In this document: positions 1 to 10,284 of the stretch, in pieces | How positions within the stretch are numbered: position 1 is the first letter of the stretch | Layout: each line of letters starts with the position of its first letter | Assembly (NCBI GenBank): GCA_016776605.1 | Contig: JADHTB010000002.1 | Location: forward strand, 130,842 to 194,841 | Length of the DNA stretch: 64,000 nt | From: Alphaproteobacteria bacterium | GTDB taxonomy: Bacteria > Pseudomonadota > Alphaproteobacteria > GCA-2731375 | Direction of reading: 5' to 3' | The notes under the pieces: generated by a model | What the model was told of the DNA's origin: nothing | The model's database searches: none | What the model saw: the letters and a program-made list of their open reading frames with translations, nothing else | Program-made: the position numbers and the translations under genes

Positions 1-1
1 C

Positions 2-865
2 CGTCTCATTCCGGCCTGGCATCTGCCCATGCTGGCGGACGAGGCGCGCAACGCGGCCTATCAACAGACCATGGACAAACATGTCCGCGAAGGCATGCAT
101 GTCCTTGATATCGGTGCTGGATCGGGTTTGTTGGCGTTGATGGCCGCCCGGGCCGGCGCTGGAATGGTGACGGCGGTGGAAATGAACCCGACTCTGGCCG
201 ATGTGGCCCGGCAAGTCGTCGCGGATAACGGCTTTGCGGATAAGATTCGGGTGTTGAACCGCCTCTCGCTGGATTTGAAGGCAGGTGTTGACCTGCCTGC
301 CGCCGATCTTGTGGTGTCGGAAATTTTGGACGGCGGCCTGTTGGGCGAAGGGGTATTGCCAACCTTGCACCATGCCGCCCACCAGTTGCTGAAGCCGGGG
401 GGGCGCATGGTACCAGCCGGCGCCGTTGTTTACGGCCAATTGGTTGAATTGCCCAGACTGCGGACCGTTAATCCGGTCAACCGCATCGCCGGCTTCGATT
501 TGTCCGCTTTCGACCGCTTCCGCAATCCAGCCGCCTATCGCACGATCACCCTGGCCAATGAACAGCACAAGTTATTGAGCGCGCCCTTCCACGTCGCTGA
601 TTTTGATTTTTCGGCCCCCCCCATGACGGAACGCAGACGGGTCGCGAAGATACCTGTTACCGCCACGGGCGAAGCCTATGCGGTGGTCTTCTGGTTCGAT
701 CTGCATATGGATGATCAGATCAGCATTTCTTCCGGACCCGAGGGCACCCTGTCCCATTGGGCCCAGGCCGTGCAGTTCATGGATAACAGCCGCATGGTCT
801 CGGCGGGGGATGAATTGCAACTGACCATGGGGCATACGGATACCCGCCTTTATTTCTCGTTTTAG
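2..865 (+). CDS. PRMT-like SAM-dependent methyltransferase (5' partial, runs off window start)
   Basis: Frame is open from position 2 (RLIPAWHLPMLADEARN). Motifs VLDIGAGSGLL, DLVVSEILD..LLGE (double-E loop), VFWFDL and SHWAQ (THW-loop equivalent). Confidence 0.8.
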   Translation, partial: RLIPAWHLPMLADEARNAAYQQTMDKHVREGMHVLDIGAGSGLLALMAARAGAGMVTAVEMNPTLADVARQVVADNGFADKIRVLNRLSLDLKAGVDLPAADLVVSEILDGGLLGEGVLPTLHHAAHQLLKPGGRMVPAGAVVYGQLVELPRLRTVNPVNRIAGFDLSAFDRFRNPAAYRTITLANEQHKLLSAPFHVADFDFSAPPMTERRRVAKIPVTATGEAYAVVFWFDLHMDDQISISSGPEGTLSHWAQAVQFMDNSRMVSAGDELQLTMGHTDTRLYFSF

Positions 866-876
866 GAGACCGCCAT

Positions 877-2058
877 ATGGATATGCATTTCCGTCCAGAG
901 GATCTGGCTTTTCGGGCCGAGGTGCGCCAGTTTATCCAGGCTAATTTACCCGGCGATCTGGCGGACAAGGTTCGACGCGGCCTGCATCTGGACAAGGAAG
1001 ATTTCGTCTTCTGGCAAAAGAAACTGAACGGGCAGGGTTGGTTCGCGCCCCACTGGCCGGTTGAACTGGGGGGCGTCGATTGGACCCCCACGCAGCATTA
1101 TATGTTCCAGAACGAACAGGTAGAGGGTTACTGCCCACCGGTCATTCCCTTTGGCGTACGGATGGTGGCCCCGGTCATCTTCACCTATGGCAGCGACGAA
1201 CAGAAACAGCGTTTCTTGCCCGATATCCTGGATAGTACGGCCTGGTGGTGTCAGGGTTATTCTGAACCGGGGGCGGGCTCGGACCTGGCGTCCCTGCAAA
1301 CCAAGGCAGTGCGGAATGGCGATCACTACATCGTCAACGGCGCCAAGACCTGGACCACCCTGGCGCAATATGCGGACTGGATTTTCTGCCTGGTCCGCAC
1401 CACGAACGAGGGCAAGCCGCAGGAAGGCATTTCGTTCCTGTTGATCGATATGAAAAGCCCCGGCATTGAGGTGACCCCGATCATCACCATTGATGGCTCG
1501 CACGAGGTCAACAGCGTGTTCTTCACGGATGTCAGGGTGCCCGTGGAAAATTTAATCGGGCAGGAGAACCTTGGCTGGACCTATGCCAAGTTCCTCTTGC
1601 TGTTCGAACGCTCCAACAGTCTGAGCGGCGGCTTGAAGCAACAGTTGCGCCGGTTGCGCGGTATCGCGGAACAGGAATTGACCGGCGGCGAACCGCTGTG
1701 CGCCGATCCTGCCTTCGCGGCGCAATTGGCCGGCTATGAAGTGCAATTGCGCACTTATGAATTTTTGGAATTGCGCACCTTGGGTAACAGCCGTCCCGGT
1801 GCCGAGGCGTCGTACTTGAAAATCATCGGTACGGATCTGCAGCAAATGGCCTCGGAACTGACCTTGCAGGCGGTTGCCTATTACGGCAATCCCTATATCC
1901 GCGATGCCCTGGTGCATGGTTATAACGAAGCGTCCGTGGGGCCGGATTACGCCGCCCCGGCGGCGCCACAATATTTCAATTACCGGAAAACGGCGATCTA
2001 TGCCGGTTCGAACGAAATTCAGCGTAATATTCTTTCGAAAGCCGTGCTGGGCATGTAA
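877..2058 (+). CDS. Acyl-CoA dehydrogenase, PimC-like large subunit
   Basis: WWCQGYSEPGAGSDLASL, NGAKTWTT and IYAGSNEIQRNI motifs; GGAG RBS. Confidence 0.88.
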   Translation: MDMHFRPEDLAFRAEVRQFIQANLPGDLADKVRRGLHLDKEDFVFWQKKLNGQGWFAPHWPVELGGVDWTPTQHYMFQNEQVEGYCPPVIPFGVRMVAPVIFTYGSDEQKQRFLPDILDSTAWWCQGYSEPGAGSDLASLQTKAVRNGDHYIVNGAKTWTTLAQYADWIFCLVRTTNEGKPQEGISFLLIDMKSPGIEVTPIITIDGSHEVNSVFFTDVRVPVENLIGQENLGWTYAKFLLLFERSNSLSGGLKQQLRRLRGIAEQELTGGEPLCADPAFAAQLAGYEVQLRTYEFLELRTLGNSRPGAEASYLKIIGTDLQQMASELTLQAVAYYGNPYIRDALVHGYNEASVGPDYAAPAAPQYFNYRKTAIYAGSNEIQRNILSKAVLGM

Positions 2059-2143
2059 CGAACTGGCGGCGGGCGATGGACACTTTGCGGCGCCGTCGGA
2101 TCATGCTAGTTGATGGATATAAAAATATAGGTAGGAGAGCGTC

Positions 2144-3274
2144 ATGGATTTTTCCCTCAGCGAAGAACAACAACTGCTGAAAGACAGCGTGCAGCGGTTT
2201 GTGCGTGAGCAATACCCCCTGGAGTCGCGGCGCAAATTGGTCGCCACCGACATTGGCTACAGCGAAGACAACTGGGCCAAAATGGCGGAGTTGGGTTGGT
2301 TGGCGCTGCCACTGCCGGAAGAATATGGCGGCATCGGCGGCGGCCCGGTGGATACCATGGTGTTGATGGAAGAATTCGGCCGTGGCCTCGTGGTGGAACC
2401 CTATATGTCCTCCATCATCATTGGCGGCGGCTTCCTCATGGCGGGTGGCAGCGACAAACATAAAACGGAACTGCTGCCCAAGCTGGGCGCCGGCGAGTTG
2501 AAGTTGGCCTTCGGCTATGCCGAGCGGCAATCGCGCTTTGATCTCAACGATGTGGAATGCAAGGCCGAAAAAAATGGCGACGGCTATGTCCTGAACGGCC
2601 ACAAGGGCGTGGTTTTTCATGCCCAGACCGCGGACAAGATCATCGTTTCGGCCCGCACCTCCGGCGGCAGCCGCGACGCTGACGGCATTACCCTGTTTCT
2701 GATCGACAATAATTGCAGCGGTTTGACCCGGCGCGACTATCCCACCGTGGATGGTCTACGCGCCTCGGAACTGCAGATGGATGGGGTTACGGTTGGTGCC
2801 GAGGCGGTGTTGGGTAAAGTCGGCGGCGGTGCGGCCCTGATGGAAGAGGTGGTTGGCCAGGCCATTGCCGCCATTTGCGCCGAGGCAGTGGGCTGCATGG
2901 ACGTTTTGCAGGAAACCACCAATGAATACTTAAAGACACGGGTGCAGTTCGGCGTGCCTTTGTCAAAATTTCAGGTTCTCCAGCATCGCATGGTGGACAT
3001 GTTCATGGAATGCGAGCAGGCCCGCTCCATGTGCTACATGGTAACCTTGAAAATCGGTGACGAAGACCCGGTGGAACGGGCCAAATCCGTTTCCGCCGCG
3101 AAAGTGCAAATCGGTAATTCCGGCCGCTACGTGGGCCAACAGTCGGTGCAGCTGCATGGCGGCATGGGCATGACGGACGAATTGCATGTGGGTCATTTTT
3201 TCAAGCGCCTGACCATGATCGACACCATGTTTGGCAACAAGGACCACCACTTGAAATGCTACGCTGATTTATAG
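2144..3274 (+). CDS. Acyl-CoA dehydrogenase, PimD-like small subunit
   Basis: MDFSLSEEQQLL start, RVQFGVPLSKFQVLQHR and QLHGGMGMTDE; tandem with the PimC-like gene. Confidence 0.88.
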   Translation: MDFSLSEEQQLLKDSVQRFVREQYPLESRRKLVATDIGYSEDNWAKMAELGWLALPLPEEYGGIGGGPVDTMVLMEEFGRGLVVEPYMSSIIIGGGFLMAGGSDKHKTELLPKLGAGELKLAFGYAERQSRFDLNDVECKAEKNGDGYVLNGHKGVVFHAQTADKIIVSARTSGGSRDADGITLFLIDNNCSGLTRRDYPTVDGLRASELQMDGVTVGAEAVLGKVGGGAALMEEVVGQAIAAICAEAVGCMDVLQETTNEYLKTRVQFGVPLSKFQVLQHRMVDMFMECEQARSMCYMVTLKIGDEDPVERAKSVSAAKVQIGNSGRYVGQQSVQLHGGMGMTDELHVGHFFKRLTMIDTMFGNKDHHLKCYADL

Positions 3275-3297
3275 CGGCCCTGGGTTCTAAAAATTGT

Positions 3298-3332
3298 GGC
3301 CGGCCCGCCTTGCGCGGGCCGGTCTATTTTTT
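3298..3332 (+). terminator. Rho-independent terminator between convergent genes
   Basis: Stem ggccggcccgc / gcgggccggtc followed by a T-tract. Confidence 0.75.
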
Positions 3333-3360
3333 GTCTTCCGTTAAGATAAATTGGCGGCCA

Positions 3361-3981
3361 TTACACCAGAATATCGAGGTCGATGTCCCTTTGTGATAGC
3401 GGCACATTTGACCCATCGTCCTCCTCTGTCGGTGCGGAGGCGCCGCTAGCCTGTGATGTCAGGCTGGCGTCGTCTTCGTCGCTGGCTTCATCTTCATCGC
3501 CATCTTCATCGCCACCGTTGTTCGCTTCTCCATCGTTTTCGCCAACGTCGTCCTCAGCGTCGTGGTTTGCTTTAGCTACAAACAATGTGGGCGGCGCGAC
3601 AAACAGGAATGCGGCGGCGGCTTTGATCCCGTCAGGGACGGCCACGCCCCCTGGCTCTTCCGGCGTACCGATCCCCATCTTCAGGAGCAATGGACCTAAT
3701 TGCAAACGCTGCGCCAGTATTGCAGCGATATGCTTGAACATCAGATGGAGCGCGGCGAAGCCCTCCATATTGGTTAGCGCCCGGCGCCCGGACAGGACTG
3801 CTGGTTGGGCGGATTTGCCTGGTTCTGCGGCTGCGGCTGTATCCCCCGTGGTGCGGGGTGCCGGCGCGCCATGGTCACTGACCAACGCTGTCCCATTGGC
3901 ATGTTTACCAAGGGGTTTGAACTGATTGTTATGACGCGGGAAGACGAACCCTTGATTGCCATATAATTCAACCACTTGCAT
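3361..3981 (-). CDS. Hypothetical protein with acidic low-complexity tail
   Basis: GGAG RBS before MQVVELY; D/E-rich C-terminal region ending in DIDLDILV. Confidence 0.55.
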   Translation of the reverse strand: MQVVELYGNQGFVFPRHNNQFKPLGKHANGTALVSDHGAPAPRTTGDTAAAAEPGKSAQPAVLSGRRALTNMEGFAALHLMFKHIAAILAQRLQLGPLLLKMGIGTPEEPGGVAVPDGIKAAAAFLFVAPPTLFVAKANHDAEDDVGENDGEANNGGDEDGDEDEASDEDDASLTSQASGASAPTEEDDGSNVPLSQRDIDLDILV

Positions 3982-4183
3982 TGCTCCTGCCGTATTGGTC
4001 AGCGGCGCGCCAACCGTGATCAAGTGATGGTTGCAACAATATTAACGATAACAAAATAAGAAATTACTGATGTGTATGGTTAATAAAAAAGACATTTAAA
4101 AATTTTGACGTAGGCGCGTTGATTGAGTTTAGAATGCGCCAATTCTTGTGTGAGCCGTCGAATAAGCTTTGAGGGGTAATCCC

Positions 4184-4960
4184 ATGTTGAGTGCAGACCA
4201 AATCGCCCTTTATCATGAAAAAGGCTACGTGGTTCCCGACTATCGCCTGGGGGCGGAAACCCTGGCCGCGATCCGGGAACAACATGACCGTCTGCTCGCC
4301 CGCTATCCCCAGTTCAGGGATAATTGCCCCGCCTTGTTATCCTACGATCTGGCGTTTCTGAATTTCGCCCGCGACGAGGTTATCCTGGATATGGCGGAAC
4401 AGTTAATTGGCCCGGATATCGCCCTCTGGAATATGAGCTTTTTTGCCAAGCCCGCGGTCAATGGCAAGAAAACACCATTTCATCAGGATGGGGAATATTG
4501 GCCGATCCGGCCGCTGGCCACCTGCACCGTCTGGATCGCGGTGGATGCCGCCACGGTCGAGAACGGTTGTCTGCGACTCGTTCCAGGTTCCCACAAGGCC
4601 AAGCACCTGATGGCGCACGAGCAAAGGAACAATCCCGACTACACCCTGCAACAGGAATTGCTGGCCTCTGAGTATAATGACGACGAGGCCGAGGACTTGA
4701 TTCTGGAGGCCGGCCAGATGTCTTTCCACGACGTCTACCTGGCCCACGGCTCGGAAGTGAATAATTCCGCCCAGCCCCGGCGCGGCATGACCCTGCGCCT
4801 GATGCCCACGTCATCGGTCTATGACCGGGACGTGGCCACGGCCATGCATCACCAACGCGGCGGCTTTAATATGTCGAACCATTCACTGTTCCTGCTGCGC
4901 GGTAAGGACCTGTCAGGCGGCAATGATTTCCGGCTTAGGGTTCCCGTCGCGGCGGCATAG
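4184..4960 (+). CDS. Phytanoyl-CoA dioxygenase (PhyH) family 2OG-Fe(II) oxygenase
   Basis: HQD, ENGCL..VPGSH and HGS..N.S...RR motifs. Confidence 0.88.
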   Translation: MLSADQIALYHEKGYVVPDYRLGAETLAAIREQHDRLLARYPQFRDNCPALLSYDLAFLNFARDEVILDMAEQLIGPDIALWNMSFFAKPAVNGKKTPFHQDGEYWPIRPLATCTVWIAVDAATVENGCLRLVPGSHKAKHLMAHEQRNNPDYTLQQELLASEYNDDEAEDLILEAGQMSFHDVYLAHGSEVNNSAQPRRGMTLRLMPTSSVYDRDVATAMHHQRGGFNMSNHSLFLLRGKDLSGGNDFRLRVPVAAA

Positions 4961-4987
4961 TCGCCGCGTCGGATTTTCGGAACGCAT

Positions 4988-5758
4988 TTATTCTTTGATC
5001 TCGCACCATACCGGTGTGTGGTCCGAGGGGCGTTCCTTGCCGCGGGGGGTGCGGTCTATTTCCACGTCGCCCAGCCGGTCGGCGGCTTGCGGGCTTAGCA
5101 AGAGATGGTCGATGCGGACGCCGTTGTCCTTTTGCCAGGCCCCGGCCTGATAATCCCAATAACTGTAGGCGGTGATATCGGGATGCCGGGCCCGGAAGGC
5201 CTCCGTCAGGCCTAGATAGAGCAACTGCCGCCACCTGGCCCGGCTTTCGGGCAGACAGAGGGCGTCCGTTGCGAAAGCCGCCGGATCATAGCAGTCGCGG
5301 TCTTCCGGGATGATATTGTAGTCGCCGCCCAGGACCGTCACCTCTTCGAACTTCAACAGCGCGGCGGCATGGGCAACCAAACGATCCATCCAGGCCAGTT
5401 TGTAGGGATATTTTTCGCTATCCGTGGGATTGCCGTTGGGCAGATAGATGGAGGCGACCCGCACCGTGTCGATGCTGGCCTCGATATAGCGGGCTTGCAG
5501 GTCGCTATCATCGCCGGGCAAACCACGCTGTACGTCTTCGATGGGCCGTTTCGACAGGATGGCCACGCCGTTGTAGGTTTTTTGCCCGTGCACGGCGATG
5601 TTGTAACCAAGATCTTCGATGGGTTGGTAGGGAAAGGCCTCGTCCGTGACCTTTAATTCCTGCAACAGCGCCACGTCCGGTTGGGCCTGTTCCAGCCATT
5701 CCAGGACACGGGGCAGCCGCGCCTTGATCGAATTGACATTCCAAGTAGCTATTTTCAT
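4988..5758 (-). CDS. xth: Exodeoxyribonuclease III
   Basis: MKIATWNVNS, LQELK, GDYN, RIDH and SDHTPV motifs. Confidence 0.95.
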   Translation of the reverse strand: MKIATWNVNSIKARLPRVLEWLEQAQPDVALLQELKVTDEAFPYQPIEDLGYNIAVHGQKTYNGVAILSKRPIEDVQRGLPGDDSDLQARYIEASIDTVRVASIYLPNGNPTDSEKYPYKLAWMDRLVAHAAALLKFEEVTVLGGDYNIIPEDRDCYDPAAFATDALCLPESRARWRQLLYLGLTEAFRARHPDITAYSYWDYQAGAWQKDNGVRIDHLLLSPQAADRLGDVEIDRTPRGKERPSDHTPVWCEIKE

Positions 5759-5809
5759 GGGCGCCATTGAGGCATGGCCACCAACGTCATGGCAAGCGCC
5801 GTGCTTGAA

Positions 5810-6166
5810 TTATATGGCGAAGGAGGTGCCGCAGCCGCAGGCCGATGAGGCGTTCGGGTTCTCGATGCGGAAAGCCGCCGCCATCAAATCCTCGACATAA
5901 TCGATTTTGGCCCCACCGAGAAACTGCAACGAGGTTTCATCGATCAGAACTACCGCATCATCCAGTTTGATGATCAGATCATCATCGTTGATCTGAGTGT
6001 CAAAGCGGAAGCCATAGCTGAAGCCGGAGCAACCGCCGCCCTGTACCTCAATGCGCAGCTTTGCGTCCTCGCCCTCCTGTTGCATCAGAAAGGCTATGCG
6101 TTTGGCAGCGTCCCCGGTCAGCGTCACATCGCCACCCGCTGCATCGATTTGCGTGGTATCAGACAT
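5810..6166 (-). CDS. erpA: Fe-S cluster insertion protein, ErpA/IscA (HesB) family
   Basis: GGGCSGFSY and C-terminal CGCGTSF. Confidence 0.9.
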   Translation of the reverse strand: MSDTTQIDAAGGDVTLTGDAAKRIAFLMQQEGEDAKLRIEVQGGGCSGFSYGFRFDTQINDDDLIIKLDDAVVLIDETSLQFLGGAKIDYVEDLMAAAFRIENPNASSACGCGTSFAI

Positions 6167-6264
6167 TTCTTCACCTTATCCCCAATAAGTTAATTGAATG
6201 TAGGATTGAAGACGGAAAAGTCAATCGGTTCCCACTTGTGGCAAATGACGCTAGGTTGCCGGCC

Positions 6265-7410
6265 ATGGCCAATTCACAGATCCTTGCCCCCTATGCCAGC
6301 TGCCCGGAATTGAGCCGGGGGCGGCTGTTTGACGAGCCTGAAAGCGCGACCAGAACCGCCTTTCAGCGGGACCGGGACCGGATTATTCATTCCGGCGCCT
6401 TTCGCCGCCTGCAATACAAGACCCAGGTTTTTGTCTATCACGAAGGCGATCATTACCGTACCCGCCTGACCCATTCCCTGGAAGTGGCGCAGATCGCCCG
6501 CTCCATCTGCCGCGCCTTGGACCTGAACGAGGACCTGGCCGAGGCCCTGGCCCTGGCGCATGATCTGGGCCACACCCCGTTCGGCCATGCGGGCGAGGAC
6601 GTGCTGGACGGGCTGATGCAGCCCCATGGCGGTTTTGATCACAATGCCCAGGCCCTGCGCGTCATTACTTTGCTGGAACACCGTTATGCCGATTTTGCCG
6701 GTCTGAACCTTACCTGGGAAACACTTGAAGGCACGGTGAAGCACAACGGCCCGGTGCTGGATGATCCCTTGCCGCTGGCGATCACGGAATATGTTGCCCG
6801 CCAAGACCTTGAACTGGCGACCTATGCCGGGCCGGAGGCGCAGGTGGCCGCACTGGCCGACGATATCGCCTATGACAATCACGATATAGATGATGGTCTG
6901 CGGGCTGAATTATTCTCCGCCGAGGACCTGGCCCAGGTCCCCCTGGTCGCCCCGGTGTTGGCGGAACTGTGGGGGCGGTACCAGGATTTAAGCCGGGAAC
7001 AGTTGGTGCATGAAACCGTGCGCCGCCTGATCGGCGCCATGGTTGATGATGTGATTGGCGAAAGCCGGGGCAGGCTGCTGCGTGCGGGGGCCCAAAGGGT
7101 GGAAGATATCCGGGCCTTGTCCCATCCCGTGATCGCGTTTTCCGATGCCATGACGGTGGCGCAAAAGGCCTTGAAACAGTTTCTGTACGACCGGATGTAT
7201 CGCCATCCAAGGGTCAACCGCATGAGCGAAAAAGCGGGCCGGGTTGTCAGCGATTTGTTCGGGCTGTATACGGCGCAACCGGAACAATTACCGGCGGCCC
7301 GCGGTGCCGAGATGCCCGATACGCCGCGCCGGGTCGCCGATTTCATTGCCGGGATGACCGACCGCTTCGCCCTGGAAGAACACCGCCGCCATTTCGGCCA
7401 AGACAGCTAA
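6265..7410 (+). CDS. dgt: dGTP triphosphohydrolase
   Basis: FQRDRDRIIHS, RTRLTHSLEV, HDLGHTPFGH and DFIAGMTDRFA; start set at ATG 6265. Confidence 0.93.
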   Translation: MANSQILAPYASCPELSRGRLFDEPESATRTAFQRDRDRIIHSGAFRRLQYKTQVFVYHEGDHYRTRLTHSLEVAQIARSICRALDLNEDLAEALALAHDLGHTPFGHAGEDVLDGLMQPHGGFDHNAQALRVITLLEHRYADFAGLNLTWETLEGTVKHNGPVLDDPLPLAITEYVARQDLELATYAGPEAQVAALADDIAYDNHDIDDGLRAELFSAEDLAQVPLVAPVLAELWGRYQDLSREQLVHETVRRLIGAMVDDVIGESRGRLLRAGAQRVEDIRALSHPVIAFSDAMTVAQKALKQFLYDRMYRHPRVNRMSEKAGRVVSDLFGLYTAQPEQLPAARGAEMPDTPRRVADFIAGMTDRFALEEHRRHFGQDS

Positions 7411-7456
7411 GACCCCAAGAGCCTAAAATCATTGTCCGAGGAACGACCAGAACATC

Positions 7457-9208
7457 ATGAATCCCTATGCCTATATCCGTGAACAGGTGATTGCCATGGT
7501 CGGCAGCCTGGCCGACGATGGTATCCTGCCCGCGGGTCTGAATTTATCCAGCCTGGCGGTCGAGCCGCCGCGCGACCCATCGCACGGCGACGTGGCGACC
7601 AACGCGGCCATGGTATTGACCAAACAGGCCGGCATGAAGCCCCGCGATATTGCCGTACCCCTGGCCGGGCGTCTGTTGACGCTGGATCAGGTTGAGGCGG
7701 CCGAGGTCGCCGGCCCCGGTTTCATCAACCTGCGTCTATCGGATGAATTCTGGCGGGCCCGGCTGGGCGATGTGCTGGCGGCGGGCGCTGCTTATGGCGA
7801 TTCCCGGTTCGCGGCGGGCGAAAAGATCAACATCGAATATGTTTCCGCCAACCCGACGGGGCCCCTGCATATCGGCCATGTGCGCGGCGCCGTTTATGGC
7901 GATGCCCTGGCTAATCTGTTGGCTAAAATCGGCTATGATGTGTGCAAGGAATATTACATCAATGACGCCGGCTCGCAGGTCGATGTGCTGGCACGCTCCC
8001 TGCATCTGCGCTATCGGGAAGCCCTGGGCGAGGTGATCGGCGAAATTCCCGAAGGCATGTATCCGGGTGACTATCTGGTTCCGGTGGGACAGGCCATGAT
8101 GGCCCGGGATGGCGATAAGTGGCGCGATCTGGATGAAGCGGACTGGCTGGGGGAATTCCGCCGCTTTGCGGTCGCCGCCATGATGGATTTGGTGCGCACG
8201 GACTTGGCCAGCCTGGGCATCGAACAACAGGTCTTTTTTTCCGAAGACAGCCTGCACCAGGACGGCGGTATCGACCGCGCCTTCGCGGCCTTGCAGGCAA
8301 AGGGCTTGATCTATACCGGCGTGCTGGAGCCGCCCAAGGGCATGACCCCCGAAGACTGGGAACCACGGCCGCAAACCCTGTTCAAGGCCAGCCAGTTTGG
8401 TGACGATGTGGACCGGCCGTTACGCAAATCCGACGGCAGTTGGACCTATTTCGCCGCCGATATCGCCTATCACCACAACAAGGTGGAACGCGGTTACAAG
8501 CAGATGGTTGATGTCTGGGGTGCCGATCATGGCGGTTATATCAAACGCATGACGGCTGCCGTGCGGGCGTTGAGCGATGACCAGGGGCATTTGGATGTGC
8601 GCCTTTGCCAGATGGTGCGCCTGCTGCGCGGCGGCCAGGTCGTGCGCATGTCGAAACGGGCCGGTAACTTTGTCACCTTGCGGGAACTGGTGGACGAGGT
8701 CGGCCGTGACGTGGTGCGCTTTATGATGCTGACCCGCAAAAACGACGCGCCGCTGGATTTTGATTTTGACGTAGCCCTGGAACAATCCAAGGACAACCCG
8801 GTTTTCTACGTGCAATACGCCCATGCGCGCATTCATTCGGTGTTGCGCCGGGCCGCCGAGGATCTGCCCGATCTGCCCCTGGATCTGGAAAACCTGACCC
8901 GCGCGGACCTGGATCGGCTGACTGATTCGGCGGAAATGGACCTGATCAAGCAAATGGCCAGTTGGCCCCGGGCTGTTGAAATCGCGGCCCAGGCAAGGGA
9001 GCCGCATAGAATAGCCTTTTATTTGAATGAGTTAGCGTCGAACTTTCATGCGCTATGGAACAAAGGTAACGCCGAACCGAACCTGCGCTTTATCATAGTG
9101 GAAGACAGGGCGGTCACTCAGGCGCGTCTTGCCTTGATCCAGGGTGTGGCTTTTGTCCTGGCGTCCGGGCTGGCAATTTTGGGCGTCGAACCGCTCGAGG
9201 CCATGTAA
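7457..9208 (+). CDS. argS: Arginine--tRNA ligase
   Basis: [15 protein letters not shown] (HIGH), MSKRAG and YVQYAHAR. Confidence 0.97.
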   Translation: MNPYAYIREQVIAMVGSLADDGILPAGLNLSSLAVEPPRDPSHGDVATNAAMVLTKQAGMKPRDIAVPLAGRLLTLDQVEAAEVAGPGFINLRLSDEFWRARLGDVLAAGAAYGDSRFAAGEKINIEYVSANPTGPLHIGHVRGAVYGDALANLLAKIGYDVCKEYYINDAGSQVDVLARSLHLRYREALGEVIGEIPEGMYPGDYLVPVGQAMMARDGDKWRDLDEADWLGEFRRFAVAAMMDLVRTDLASLGIEQQVFFSEDSLHQDGGIDRAFAALQAKGLIYTGVLEPPKGMTPEDWEPRPQTLFKASQFGDDVDRPLRKSDGSWTYFAADIAYHHNKVERGYKQMVDVWGADHGGYIKRMTAAVRALSDDQGHLDVRLCQMVRLLRGGQVVRMSKRAGNFVTLRELVDEVGRDVVRFMMLTRKNDAPLDFDFDVALEQSKDNPVFYVQYAHARIHSVLRRAAEDLPDLPLDLENLTRADLDRLTDSAEMDLIKQMASWPRAVEIAAQAREPHRIAFYLNELASNFHALWNKGNAEPNLRFIIVEDRAVTQARLALIQGVAFVLASGLAILGVEPLEAM

Positions 9209-9246
9209 TGAAACATACGATAGATAATTGACGAGGATACGGGCCC

Positions 9247-10272
9247 ATGTCCGCTGCTGAACCTGACGGTGATTGGCCGGAATATGAAGGCGAGGGTATG
9301 GTCCGGCGCCTGCTTCGCCGCTGGGGCCGTTTAGGTGGCATTGTTGCCGCCTTGGGCATGGCGGTGGTCTTTGCCGTGGCGGCTTGGTACGCGCTACAGC
9401 GCTCTGACATGCAGCCTACGGTGATGGCGGAAGTGCCGATGGTCCAGGCGGAACCGGGACCGGTAAAGGAAAAACCAGAGGATCCGGGCGGCCTGAAAAT
9501 TCCCAATCAGGATAAACTGGTGTTCGAGCGGATTACGCCGAAACCGCCTGCCCCGATGGTGGAAAAACTGGCGCCGGCGCCAGAGGAACCTATCGTCAAG
9601 ATGACCGCCCCACCGGCGCCGGCACTCGTAAATGCACCGGTTGATGCTCAGGTCAACACCGCCACCGATATGGCCAAGCCGATGACCGGGCAGATCGAGA
9701 AGTCGGCGGCCGATCCGGCCACCGCGCGGCTACATGCCGCGCCGCCGGCTATTCCCAGCACAGGTGATAACGCCATGGCGTCCAAGGCAGAGAGTCTGCT
9801 GCCTGGGGCTGGCGGGACGGAGAAGGCCACCGCCGGAGGCGCAACAGTGCCGGCGCCAAAGGCCCAGGCAAAAGCGTTACCGAATACCATGGCGAAATCG
9901 CCAGCCGCCGCGCCGCTGCAAGCCGCCAAAATCAAAGCCCCAAAGATCAAAGCCCCAAAGATCAAAGCGCCCAAAAACAAAGCCCCTGTGGCCGCCGCGC
10001 CGGCGGCGAAAGCGGTGGAAGCCGGCTACCGCATTCAATTGGTGTCGCACCGCACGGCGAAGCGTGCGGACGCGGCTTGGCGAAGCCTGGAGAAGGCTCA
10101 CGCGGATATTCTGGGCAACCTGGCAGGCCATACAGCGCGTGTGAATTTGGGAAAACGTGGTATTTATTACCGTGTTCAGGCAGGTTTTTTCGCGAACGAG
10201 GCCTTGGCCAGGGCAGCCTGTGGCAAATTAAAGGCGAAACGGCAGGACTGTATCATTGTCCCGCCCCAATAA
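9247..10272 (+). CDS. SPOR domain cell division protein (FtsN-like)
   Basis: N-terminal TM, Pro/Ala-rich linker, C-terminal YRIQL...YYRVQAG...C..L...QDC; syntenic between argS and nagZ. Confidence 0.85.
   Translation: MSAAEPDGDWPEYEGEGMVRRLLRRWGRLGGIVAALGMAVVFAVAAWYALQRSDMQPTVMAEVPMVQAEPGPVKEKPEDPGGLKIPNQDKLVFERITPKPPAPMVEKLAPAPEEPIVKMTAPPAPALVNAPVDAQVNTATDMAKPMTGQIEKSAADPATARLHAAPPAIPSTGDNAMASKAESLLPGAGGTEKATAGGATVPAPKAQAKALPNTMAKSPAAAPLQAAKIKAPKIKAPKIKAPKNKAPVAAAPAAKAVEAGYRIQLVSHRTAKRADAAWRSLEKAHADILGNLAGHTARVNLGKRGIYYRVQAGFFANEALARAACGKLKAKRQDCIIVPPQ
9928..9987 (+). repeat. Four in-frame 15-bp tandem units encoding KIKAP x3 + KNKAP
   Basis: aaaatcaaagcccca aagatcaaagcccca aagatcaaagcgccc aaaaacaaagcccct. 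Confidence 0.9.
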
Positions 10273-10284
10273 GACGCGAAGGCA

